A DNA stretch of 64,000 nt from a virus, in IMG/VR virus record IMGVR_UViG_3300031965_000019, positions 2,490 to 66,489 of that record; one strand, written 5' to 3'. Within the stretch, counting starts at the first letter, position 1. Each line of letters begins with the position of its first letter. Both the position numbers and the translations under genes were made by a program. Below are positions 47,677 through 55,727 of this stretch, piece after piece. The notes under the pieces are model-generated. The model was not told where the DNA came from. It was given only the letters and a program-made list of their open reading frames with translations, and did not search any database.

Positions 47677-48525
47677 TCAAACTCCCGCCTCGGGGGCCCG
47701 CGGATCGTGCTGATTGCATTTCGCCCAAAACTTCCTCTCGTCCGCGCGCATCAACAGCAGGTGAGCAATGACGTCGTCAGTCGGGACCATGCTGCCGGCG
47801 TAAGTGCCACGATAGAATCCGATCGGGTGCATACACAGCGCGGCAAGGATTTTCGTATTGTCATGGCCAAGCATTGGGGCAATGGCGAGCGTCGGCCGGC
47901 ACTTGCGGAAGAAGTAGATGATCTTTGATCGCTTGCTGGTTTCCAGGAACGTGCCTGTCAGCAGGTAATAGCGGAAGGCACGGGAAGTGACCAAACCCTT
48001 GAGGCTGGCAAGTGCAGTGAACTCTGCCCTGACGCTCCAGGCTTGGGACGCACAGAGGGTATCTAGCACTATACTCGCCCGCTGCGACGACGTGCGATTC
48101 GGGATGGCCATGCACTTTACTTGACCATCCTCGCGATAGACGATGATCTGCCGCCCACGCTCGCGGTCGATCCACTGATTGACGATCTCGCAGTTATCGT
48201 GATCGACAGGATCGTCTTTTTTGGAAAGCGATGCGCCGTTGAGAGTGGCGTAGAGCGGGTGCCTCGGCTCGATTTCGAGACTCACGTCAACCATCGGCAT
48301 GGGGTAGCCGGCCCAATTTCCGCCCTCGCCGGCCAGTGTGACGATCCTCTGTCGAATGTTTTCCCAACCGTCGTCGAGGCCCTCCAGTAGCGTGTGCTGA
48401 GACTCCAAGTCGCCACACTTCTCGATGCGCCGAGCCAATCGCGCCAGCGACTTGAGTTCTCGCTCCCGCTTTTTGTTGGCCAGCTTTTTTTTGGTGGCAT
48501 TACCTGCCATTTCAACCTCCAGCAC
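47677..48525 (-). CDS. Hypothetical phage protein (~280 aa)
   Basis: Long ORF with conserved-looking LCMHPIGFY…D..IAHLL C-terminus. Confidence 0.65.
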   Translation of the reverse strand: MLEVEMAGNATKKKLANKKRERELKSLARLARRIEKCGDLESQHTLLEGLDDGWENIRQRIVTLAGEGGNWAGYPMPMVDVSLEIEPRHPLYATLNGASLSKKDDPVDHDNCEIVNQWIDRERGRQIIVYREDGQVKCMAIPNRTSSQRASIVLDTLCASQAWSVRAEFTALASLKGLVTSRAFRYYLLTGTFLETSKRSKIIYFFRKCRPTLAIAPMLGHDNTKILAALCMHPIGFYRGTYAGSMVPTDDVIAHLLLMRADERKFWAKCNQHDPRAPEAGV

Positions 48526-48907
48526 TTGGCGCGACGCCGGTCACGGACGTCGTCTTGGCGGATACTCTGCGACCATTGCCGCGTCCACGCTTTGATGGAG
48601 TAGGCGGCTTGGTGCCTGGCTTCGTTTCCTCATCCAAAGGAATCGGCGGCGCTGTCGGACCATCTGCAATCACGTACTCGCATGTCTTAGCGTCGAACCG
48701 TTTCACGCGGACGAATTCGCCGTCGACCTTGGCGAACAGCATGTAGCCCCGTTTGAGCATGTCTTTCACGACGCGCTCCGCCCGGGCCACTTCTAGCGGG
48801 TCTTTGCTGTCGAACGAAAAAACCATGTCGCCGGCTCCGCAGTTGAGGACCGACACGTTGGCGGGAATCGGTATCAGTGTCATGGGTTGTCCAGTGGTAA
48901 AACGCAA
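48512..48907 (-). CDS. Hypothetical protein (131 aa)
   Basis: LNCGAGD…APSAGG; upstream of the 280-aa gene. Confidence 0.6.
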   Translation of the reverse strand: MRFTTGQPMTLIPIPANVSVLNCGAGDMVFSFDSKDPLEVARAERVVKDMLKRGYMLFAKVDGEFVRVKRFDAKTCEYVIADGPTAPPIPLDEETKPGTKPPTPSKRGRGNGRRVSAKTTSVTGVAPSAGG

Positions 48908-48934
48908 AAGTAGGACTGTGTCATAAAGTCATAA

Positions 48935-49004
48935 AATGCTGTGCTGTGCATGGCAATGCGTTGCGACGCGCTGCTCAGCGATGCGTAGCACCGCCTCGCT
49001 TAGC
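48935..49004 (-). ncRNA. 5-nt periodic repeat unit F (14 pentamers), putative guide RNA
   Basis: GCTAA GCGAG GCGGT GCTAC GCATC GCTGA GCAGC GCGTC GCAAC GCATT GCCAT GCACA GCACA GCATT TT. Confidence 0.7.
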
Positions 49005-49011
49005 AGGATTA

Positions 49012-49731
49012 TCAAACAATCCACGCTGTAAACTTTCCAAACGGGCCGCCAGACGATTTCTTATTCCTGCCGCGCGGCTTGATGTAAGCCCTGAACGCGC
49101 CGAGACCAACACTCATTCCAGCGAATCGTAAAATGTCCTCGAAATAGTTTGAGATGACCCCCATGCAGTCCGTGTTACTCGTGTCGACGATCAACTTAAA
49201 ATTCGCCGCCCAAGTGTCGAAGCGAGGTCGGATTGCCACGATGGCCCCGCCCGTGTTGCCGTTGACCGCCCGCCGCATGTCAATCGCGTAGTCTTTTTCC
49301 GTGAGCGGTTTTCCCGTCTTGGGGTCGACCAACTTCGTGAGCGTCGTTTCATAGTCGAAGGTAAGACCGGCCTGGAGAATGGAAGCGGCGGAAGGGGCAT
49401 AGCGCCCCGACCCGACTTTCAGCTTCATAAGTTCGGCGGCGTCCATGATGCAGGAGAACAAGGCGACGTTTGGAAATGCACAGTGGCCGTCCCCGTCGAT
49501 GTAGGATTGTCGCCTGGCTACCGCCGCCGGCGCATTGTCTTGTTGCTTCTTGGTCCGTGTCGCGCCGCTTTCTTCCGGCTGCATATCGGCGGGATTCGCG
49601 CAAAGCAGCGGCGTGATTCCTTCCACATGGATTGTGAGCCGGTCCAGATTGAACAGCGTGGACTTCGCCGGCATGGCGGCTCCATTCTTTTCGATACGAT
49701 TGGTGGGCTTCGTTTTCGTTTTCGTGGCCAC
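49012..49731 (-). CDS. Stand-alone RAMP / Cas7-like protein (239 aa)
   Basis: IHVEGITPLL first strand, AFPNVALFSCIMDAA, IRPRFDTW, Gly-rich C-terminal AGMSVGLGAFR…GPFGKF; fold is inferred. Confidence 0.65.
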   Translation of the reverse strand: MATKTKTKPTNRIEKNGAAMPAKSTLFNLDRLTIHVEGITPLLCANPADMQPEESGATRTKKQQDNAPAAVARRQSYIDGDGHCAFPNVALFSCIMDAAELMKLKVGSGRYAPSAASILQAGLTFDYETTLTKLVDPKTGKPLTEKDYAIDMRRAVNGNTGGAIVAIRPRFDTWAANFKLIVDTSNTDCMGVISNYFEDILRFAGMSVGLGAFRAYIKPRGRNKKSSGGPFGKFTAWIV

Positions 49732-49753
49732 TTGGTTGTCTCCTATTAGTTAA

Positions 49754-49818
49754 AGGGCTGTGCTGTGCTTGGCCGAGCATCGCCATGCGAGGCCCGGTTT
49801 CGCGCAGCATTGCCTCGC
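49754..49818 (-). ncRNA. 5-nt periodic repeat unit E (13 pentamers)
   Basis: GCGAG GCAAT GCTGC GCGAA ACCGG GCCTC GCATG GCGAT GCTCG GCCAA GCACA GCACA GCCCT TT. Confidence 0.7.
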
Positions 49819-49842
49819 TCCTAAACGATGAATCGTAAAATC

Positions 49843-49892
49843 TGTGCTGTGGTTTGCGATGCGCCGCAATGCACCACACTGCTGGGCAAAGC
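49843..49892 (-). ncRNA. 5-nt periodic repeat unit D (10 pentamers)
   Basis: GCTTT GCCCA GCAGT GTGGT GCATT GCGGC GCATC GCAAA CCACA GCACA GATTTT. Confidence 0.65.
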
Positions 49893-49918
49893 AACGAAAC
49901 ATTTGTTCGATTAAATCC

Positions 49919-49978
49919 TGTGCTGTGCTGCGCTGCGCCACGCGTCGCGCTGCAAAGCGCTGCCACGCAGTGCCACGC
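49919..49978 (-). ncRNA. 5-nt periodic repeat unit C (12 pentamers)
   Basis: GCGTG GCACT GCGTG GCAGC GCTTT GCAGC GCGAC GCGTG GCGCA GCGCA GCACA GCACA GGATTT. Confidence 0.7.
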
Positions 49979-49989
49979 ACTGAAACATT

Positions 49990-50655
49990 TCACGCCACCA
50001 ACAGCACCTCCAAGGCGTGGTGTAATTTCTGGAGCCGGGCGAACAGCTTTTCGTCATCCGGCAGGGACTTCGATTCCAACAGCTTCAATAGCACGTTGAC
50101 GTGGTAGGAAGCGGTCTGCCCGCCGACGTGCTCATAAACATCCTCTTGTATCTTGGTGAGTTTCGTGCCGGCAAGGTGGGCCATCGGACGGCGGAGAACT
50201 ACGTCACCGCGGGAGCCTTTGGCGGAGCGACTGCCAACGATATCCGTCAGCTTCTCCCGCGTGACGTGAAGCGCCGTCGCCAATTTCTCCCGTGAGATGC
50301 GGAACTTCTTTCCGAGTGTCGCACAGCGGGCAATGTCCGCCGTCGTGAGCCTTCGGCCGTGGGTCGCGTTGCGGGCAATAGCGTCCAGCACCATTTCCGC
50401 TTCGTTCTTGAAATCGACCAGCATGACTTCCATCTCGGCATCATCGCCAGATACTTTGATATTGGCTCGACGCCGGTGGAAACCGTCAGTGAGCCGCAAG
50501 CTCTTGACATCGGCGACGCAGGGAGGCAGCGCCGCCCCAGCCCGAATTGATTCCGCCAGATCGTAGACGTGGCCATCGAACACGCAGTTGCGCGGGTAGA
50601 TGGAAAAATCTTCGATCAGTTCCGAGGCTTTCAGGACTTTAGTTTTGTGAGTCAT
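49990..50655 (-). CDS. ParB/Srx-like N-terminal domain protein (221 aa)
   Basis: SIYPR…LAESIRAG..LPP…LTDGFHRRRA; GAAAGGA SD before ATG 50655. Confidence 0.8.
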   Translation of the reverse strand: MTHKTKVLKASELIEDFSIYPRNCVFDGHVYDLAESIRAGAALPPCVADVKSLRLTDGFHRRRANIKVSGDDAEMEVMLVDFKNEAEMVLDAIARNATHGRRLTTADIARCATLGKKFRISREKLATALHVTREKLTDIVGSRSAKGSRGDVVLRRPMAHLAGTKLTKIQEDVYEHVGGQTASYHVNVLLKLLESKSLPDDEKLFARLQKLHHALEVLLVA

Positions 50656-50682
50656 GCGAATCCTTTCTGGTTGACAAAAATC

Positions 50683-50742
50683 TGTGCTTTGCTTTGCGCG
50701 GCGATGCATAGCCTGGCCCAGGCTCGCGGCGCCGTGCATTAC
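50683..50742 (-). ncRNA. 5-nt periodic repeat unit B (12 pentamers)
   Basis: GTAAT GCACG GCGCC GCGAG CCTGG GCCAG GCTAT GCATC GCCGC GCAAA GCAAA GCACA GATTTTT. Confidence 0.65.
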
Positions 50743-50775
50743 GGGGTCGCTACTTGATGAATTGGTTCATAAAAC

Positions 50776-50850
50776 TGTGCTGTGCTTTGCGTAACAACGC
50801 TTCGCCGCGCCCGACTAAGCTGGGCCCCGCGTCGCCGAGCCGCGCCTCGC
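50776..50850 (-). ncRNA. 5-nt periodic repeat unit A (15 pentamers)
   Basis: GCGAG GCGCG GCTCG GCGAC GCGGG GCCCA GCTTA GTCGG GCGCG GCGAA GCGTT GTTAC GCAAA GCACA GCACA GTTTT. Confidence 0.7.
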
Positions 50851-50858
50851 GGCGACAA

Positions 50859-52277
50859 CTAATAAATCTCCGCTCTCAGTTCACCGTCCGCCGCTTCCGC
50901 GCTGAGGATGATGATTTGCTTTTCATGCGCGAACTCAATAATCTCTTGCCGATTGGTTGGATCGAGGCTCTCGAAGTCCCCTTGGTCGACCACAACCACG
51001 CCGCCAGGGCCGACGCGCGAAGCCACCAGCCGGACCCCCAGCTTTACACGCTCGCCATGCGACAGCTCGCCGATCGGCTCGGCGCCGCGATCTGTGTTTA
51101 CACGCAGCAGGCCCTTCTCGACGAACAGACCGATGTCCAGTCCGGCCACGGCGTCGGAGAGTACGCTGTCGATACCCAGCGCGGCGGAGCGGAAGAGGTC
51201 TGCGATTTCGTCCGCGGCCTTCCCCTGCTGGAGTTCCTTGTCGGCCAGCGCCTTCGCCTTGTCGTACTCGCGGGCTTTCACGCCAGTTTCGACGGCGTCG
51301 CGGGCTGTATCGACACGCTGCGATGCCGCCAGAACTTCGCTGATCGTGATGGGCTGCGGTAGTTCAGTGGCGAGGATCTTCTCGAAACCATCGCGCATGG
51401 CGACAAGCCGTTTGTCGGCAAGCACAGCCGCCTCGGCCAATTTGTACTCGGTTGCCGCCTCGGACTGGATTCGCTGGGCTTCCGCCAGCGCCGCTTCCGC
51501 CCTATTCAGTGACTCGACTGCCGCAACCATACGGGAGTCCACTACTGCCGAATCTGCGGCTGGCAACTTCGCCAGCCTCGCCTCGGCTTCCTCGCGTTTG
51601 ACGGCTTGGTCCTGTTGGTCACGGTCCCGCTGTTCAATCGAAGATTGTTCGCGGATCGCCGCCTCCAACTGCGCCTGCAGCTTGGCCGAGTCCCGCTCTT
51701 GCGTGGGCCCAAACTCGGTGGCGTTGGCCATGAGGCCGGTCGACTTTTGATGGTGGGCCACGGCGCGGGCCGAATTGTCTCTAGCCCCTTGCTCAAGTTT
51801 GCGTTTCACGCGGCCAGCGTACTCGACCAGATCCTCGCAGGGCTCCACGGCCAGCGACTCGAAAACCGGCGTGGGAATCAGCCGCGGCGTGAACAGCGCC
51901 GCATCGCCCGTGACGCCCCGGATCGCCAGCAGACTCTTGATCCGTTTCGCGTCGGCCGAGGCCGGATCGTCGATGCCAGGGTCGATGAACGCGGCCAGGT
52001 CCAGCTTGCCCTCGATGCTCTGGACATCCAGGTGTCCGCTCTTCGTGATCCTAGGCCCGATGTTGATTCTCGCCCCCCAGCCCTCGGCCGTCCCCTTATC
52101 GGCCCCGTCATGGACGGTCGGACGCTCGTCTCCGCCCAATAGGCGCTTGACCGTGTCGAGCCCGTGAGACTTGCCAGTACCATTCGCTCCGCGGAGCAAA
52201 ATGAGCCCGCCCCCCTCGGGAGTCTGAAACTCGATCGACTTGACCGCTCCGGAATTTTCAATGGTTACAGTCGCCAT
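50859..52277 (-). CDS. SMC/Rad50-like ABC ATPase (472 aa)
   Basis: Walker A GANGTGKS, long coiled coil, LSHGE signature, VVVDQ Walker B. Confidence 0.85.
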   Translation of the reverse strand: MATVTIENSGAVKSIEFQTPEGGGLILLRGANGTGKSHGLDTVKRLLGGDERPTVHDGADKGTAEGWGARINIGPRITKSGHLDVQSIEGKLDLAAFIDPGIDDPASADAKRIKSLLAIRGVTGDAALFTPRLIPTPVFESLAVEPCEDLVEYAGRVKRKLEQGARDNSARAVAHHQKSTGLMANATEFGPTQERDSAKLQAQLEAAIREQSSIEQRDRDQQDQAVKREEAEARLAKLPAADSAVVDSRMVAAVESLNRAEAALAEAQRIQSEAATEYKLAEAAVLADKRLVAMRDGFEKILATELPQPITISEVLAASQRVDTARDAVETGVKAREYDKAKALADKELQQGKAADEIADLFRSAALGIDSVLSDAVAGLDIGLFVEKGLLRVNTDRGAEPIGELSHGERVKLGVRLVASRVGPGGVVVVDQGDFESLDPTNRQEIIEFAHEKQIIILSAEAADGELRAEIY

Positions 52278-52330
52278 GATTCACTCGCTTTCTAGAACTG
52301 ATTGGTTTGTCACCGTGTCGGCCAACGCCG

Positions 52331-53416
52331 CTACTTCGTTTTCCCCCACTCGGCCAACTTGACCGCGTGCTGGGCTATGGCGAGCCGGTCCGGCGCCACC
52401 GCTTCGTCCGCCTGCATCTCGCCGAGCACGACTTTCTTGTCGGCGACTGTGGGCGCGGCGGCAATCTCAGCTTCGTAGTCGCGAGTGATGCTAGGCTCTG
52501 CCTCCGCTTCGGGAGACGGCCACACCACCCCCAGAGCATCCAGCCGCTTGGCGGCCGCGTCCTGGATCATGTCGACCAGTTCGGTCGGCAGTTTCGTGCC
52601 CGGCGAGCACCACATACTCAGCAGCGCTTCAATGCCCGCCTCGTCGGCCATGACCATCTTGTCTAGGACTCCTTGCAGCCAATCTGGCAACGGCTCTCCG
52701 GTGCTTTCCGGTTTCTCGCCGTTGGCATCGTTCGTCTCCGGCTTGTTGAGGATCTTGTCGGCGAGCGTGTTGAGCGTCGTTGGGGCCACTGGTTCCGCCG
52801 GTGCGGAAGGCGCTGACATACGCTCCAGATCGTCGTCGGTCAGTACGCCCATAATCACTTCCGGGCAGTAGCGCCGAGCCCACTTGATCGCGCCGCTATA
52901 GCACAGCTTTTGGTCCGGGTCTTTCTTCCACATATCGTTCTCGGTCTTGGCCTGTTTGACCGACAATTCGATCGTGAGCACCTTTTCGGAGCCCTGGAAA
53001 GTTGCCGAGACGATGACCGTGCGCTCGTCGCCTTCGCCTTTGAAGTCGTAAGCCAGCCGTTCTTTCAGGCCAGCGCGGGAATTGACAACGGCCGCGACAA
53101 GTTTCCCCTGATAGCCGAGTTTCCCGTGAACGACATAGGACTCGTCGGCAACAGCAAAAGGATCAAACCCCCAGCGGTAGGCTTGGTTCACGACACGCAA
53201 ACAGTTGCCGACAGTTTCGGACTGATTGCTACCTTTCAGGTGTTTCGGGCAGAGCGAACTGCCGCCGATGGCTATTGCGACACGCTGCATTTGGTTGAAG
53301 GTTTCAGTCTGCAACAACGCGCTTTGAGCGCCGGCCGGTTGCATGGCCAACGGCGAGGGAGTGCTGGGGACAAGAGCGGAACTTACGGTCGGTTCTGGGG
53401 CGGTTACGGTACTCAT
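52331..53416 (-). CDS. recT: RecT-family single-strand annealing protein
   Basis: WGFDPFAVA…GKLGYQGKLV…WKKDPDQKL.Y…WARRYCPEVIMGV. Confidence 0.85.
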   Translation of the reverse strand: MSTVTAPEPTVSSALVPSTPSPLAMQPAGAQSALLQTETFNQMQRVAIAIGGSSLCPKHLKGSNQSETVGNCLRVVNQAYRWGFDPFAVADESYVVHGKLGYQGKLVAAVVNSRAGLKERLAYDFKGEGDERTVIVSATFQGSEKVLTIELSVKQAKTENDMWKKDPDQKLCYSGAIKWARRYCPEVIMGVLTDDDLERMSAPSAPAEPVAPTTLNTLADKILNKPETNDANGEKPESTGEPLPDWLQGVLDKMVMADEAGIEALLSMWCSPGTKLPTELVDMIQDAAAKRLDALGVVWPSPEAEAEPSITRDYEAEIAAAPTVADKKVVLGEMQADEAVAPDRLAIAQHAVKLAEWGKTK

Positions 53417-54618
53417 GCGAAGGTCTCCACGGGTAAGGTCGCGTCGCTGCCACGCTTGTTATTGCACGCGGCGCAGGCGAGCGCGATGTTGTTGGGATCG
53501 TTCGTCCCGCCCACGCTGAGCGGAATAACGTGTTCGAGCGTGGCCGTCTTGGCCGTCAATGTTGCTCCGCACCACTTGCAATGCGGGTCTTGCTCCAAGA
53601 GTTGCCGCTTGATCCAGCGCGGCAATTGCTTGCGTTCGGCAACGCAATAGTCCTCAGGTTCCGGCAGGGCCACGCCCTTGGGCGCCTTGCAGGTCCGCAG
53701 GGTGCGGAAAGATGTCGCCGCGACTTCATACGCCGTGCGGTCGGTGGTCTTGAGAGAGAGCCAGCGGGCGTCAGGCGTTACGCCATAAGTGCTGTCACCG
53801 ATCCATGCCTTGAACTGATTCTTGATCCGTTCGATACGGCGGTCGCAAGCCTTGGCGACGCGTTGGGCCCGTTCGTACATGGAAAGAATTGCATCGGCTT
53901 CGGCCGGCAATGCCGCTACCGTGCCGTCATCGTCTGGATGAAGTCTCGCGAGGGCCTTGGCTGTCGCCGCGGATTCGTCCATCGGCGGCTCGATCTGGTC
54001 CACGACGTAACCCCAAAACTCTTCCAGCGCCACCAACAGCGCGTCGATGAAGTGCTGGTTACGCTCGAAATAGAATTGCTCCAGGCTTTGGCTGCCGAAG
54101 AATACGGCGACCACACCCCAGTCCCAGCCGGTCACCAGTAACTCTTGCATCAGTTGCACTTGCACGGCCACCGGCGGCTCGTCGCGCCAATCGCCGCGGC
54201 CAAACTCGCTCCAAGTCTTGATACTGAATGAGCCAGGCCGATCACCAAACCGTTCCGAATGAAACACCACGGCATCCGGAGTGCAGTGAATGTGGCTGTG
54301 GTCTGGATGGCGCGCCAGCGTGTGCTCGGGCCAGCTCTCGATGCGACCGCCAAACTTGCTGGTGTAAAGCCGCTGGACCCATCCCTCCATGCCGAGCCCG
54401 ATCTGCTGCCGTTCGGTGGACACCGACAGTAGCGGTGGACGCACCTTGTCGGCCCAGACCTTCACGGGTGAACTGTAATCGCCGGCGAGGCCGAGGATGG
54501 CCGGGCTGTCGCTGCCACCGATACTCTTGGCCCGCTCTTCCAGCCAGTGCTGCCGGTCACGGCACTGGACCAACTCGGCCGTGGTGAGCTTGGCGATGGT
54601 GGCGAGGTCGTTTTTCAT
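53413..54618 (-). CDS. YqaJ / lambda-exonuclease fused to C-terminal HNH domain
   Basis: IGGSD…HCTPDA…SIKT…Q.QL; CKWC…LEHVIPLSVGGTND..NIALAC..CN. Confidence 0.88.
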   Translation of the reverse strand: MKNDLATIAKLTTAELVQCRDRQHWLEERAKSIGGSDSPAILGLAGDYSSPVKVWADKVRPPLLSVSTERQQIGLGMEGWVQRLYTSKFGGRIESWPEHTLARHPDHSHIHCTPDAVVFHSERFGDRPGSFSIKTWSEFGRGDWRDEPPVAVQVQLMQELLVTGWDWGVVAVFFGSQSLEQFYFERNQHFIDALLVALEEFWGYVVDQIEPPMDESAATAKALARLHPDDDGTVAALPAEADAILSMYERAQRVAKACDRRIERIKNQFKAWIGDSTYGVTPDARWLSLKTTDRTAYEVAATSFRTLRTCKAPKGVALPEPEDYCVAERKQLPRWIKRQLLEQDPHCKWCGATLTAKTATLEHVIPLSVGGTNDPNNIALACAACNNKRGSDATLPVETFA

Positions 54619-54918
54619 ATCGTTCTCAACATCTTCAACTCGACTGACGCACCGTTTCCCGAACGACTTCCTGCCGCAGTTGCCATGCGATATGGGGATC
54701 GCTAGCGCCCGATCGCGACGCTGGAAGGCATGTCCGGCCGTGCTCCCGCACGTCCCCGTCTGTCCGTGAGTGTTCGCGCCATGCTGGGCATGGTCTCGGT
54801 CGTCGCAGTGAGTCAGTCAAGTTGCCCATATCGTTCTCAAACTCCGCCGCCGGCAGGTGCTAACGACTTGCATCCCGGCCCGGTGAACGCGGACAGGTGC
54901 CTGCCGGCAGCGGGGCGT

Positions 54919-55089
54919 TCACTCCTGAAACCGTTTTTTCAAATGTTCGTAGAGTTCTCTCAATTCACTGATAACAAGTGCGTCGCAGATCACCTCAATC
55001 TGTTTGTAAGACTCCAAGCACTGCAAGGCATCGATCGCAATCTTCACAAGTTGATCTGCGTTCACGTTGTTAATCGTTATGTGGTGCAT
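54919..55089 (-). CDS. Small hypothetical protein (56 aa; not in track)
   Basis: GGAGAGGTG SD; MHHITINNVNADQLVKIAIDAL…. Confidence 0.5.
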   Translation of the reverse strand: MHHITINNVNADQLVKIAIDALQCLESYKQIEVICDALVISELRELYEHLKKRFQE

Positions 55090-55092
55090 CGC

Positions 55093-55308
55093 TCACCTCT
55101 CCAGCACTCTCAGCGCCAATACGGAAATCGCCACCAGCCCGGCCACGGCGAGGCAAATCAGCGCAGCCCAGACGGAGTCCAAAAACTCCGCGGGGCTCGG
55201 CTCTGGCTCGCTGTCCAGCAGATCGTCGTCCGGCTCGGGAGTCGGCGTGGACGTGGTTTCCCATGGACCGGGGTAATCGCGATAGCTGCGTGAGTAGGGG
55301 TCGCTCAT
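55093..55308 (-). CDS. Small membrane protein (71 aa)
   Basis: Acidic N-terminus, C-terminal TM; GGAGG SD. Confidence 0.6.
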   Translation of the reverse strand: MSDPYSRSYRDYPGPWETTSTPTPEPDDDLLDSEPEPSPAEFLDSVWAALICLAVAGLVAISVLALRVLER

Positions 55309-55727
55309 GGCGTAGCCTCCACTCCAGCCTTTTCAAACTGCGACCGCACAAAAATGTCGAGTTCGTTGAGTTCACTGGCTAATTGGGCCACTATGATGGC
55401 CAATCTTGGCAGCGGCTCCATGTCTGGACGCTCTCTGCCGAGAGTGCACCTCGTCAGTTCGTACCGCAACTGATGCGATTTGTGTCGAAGCAACCCTGTC
55501 CTGTCGGCAGAGGGGATGTTCACCAGCGAACTCCTGCCGTCCGCGCTAGTTCCGTCCTGCAGGAACGTCTGGATCGCCTCGACGTCGCCCTTATACTTGA
55601 CCAATGCAATGATTGGGCCGACATGTGGTGAGCCACCCTTGTCAGTGCAAATTATTCGGGCGCTTCGGCCGTCGGTCGTTACAACTGGTTTTGTTGGATC
55701 GAACTTTCGCTGCGCAGCAACGGACAT
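55305..55727 (-). CDS. Hypothetical phage protein
   Basis: KPVVTTDGRSARIICTD…PIIALV pattern common in phage proteins. Confidence 0.6.
   Translation of the reverse strand: MSVAAQRKFDPTKPVVTTDGRSARIICTDKGGSPHVGPIIALVKYKGDVEAIQTFLQDGTSADGRSSLVNIPSADRTGLLRHKSHQLRYELTRCTLGRERPDMEPLPRLAIIVAQLASELNELDIFVRSQFEKAGVEATP

Noticed and set aside
48860-48885. Antisense gapped match of unit D to the LIPIP segment of the 131-aa gene
   Set aside because: Only 10/20 bases match
49349-50107. Track ORFs over the repeat units (49349..49993, 49750..49980, 49844..50107, 48946..49131)
   Set aside because: Arg/Cys/Ala low-complexity products of the pentamer repeats, overlapping better genes
50671-50676. TTGACA on the plus strand as a promoter
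   Set aside because: No -10 element at the proper distance; falls in the T-rich tail of unit B
48935-50850. Canonical CRISPR array
   Set aside because: No identical 23-47 bp repeats with unique spacers and no cas1/cas2; periodicity is 5 nt
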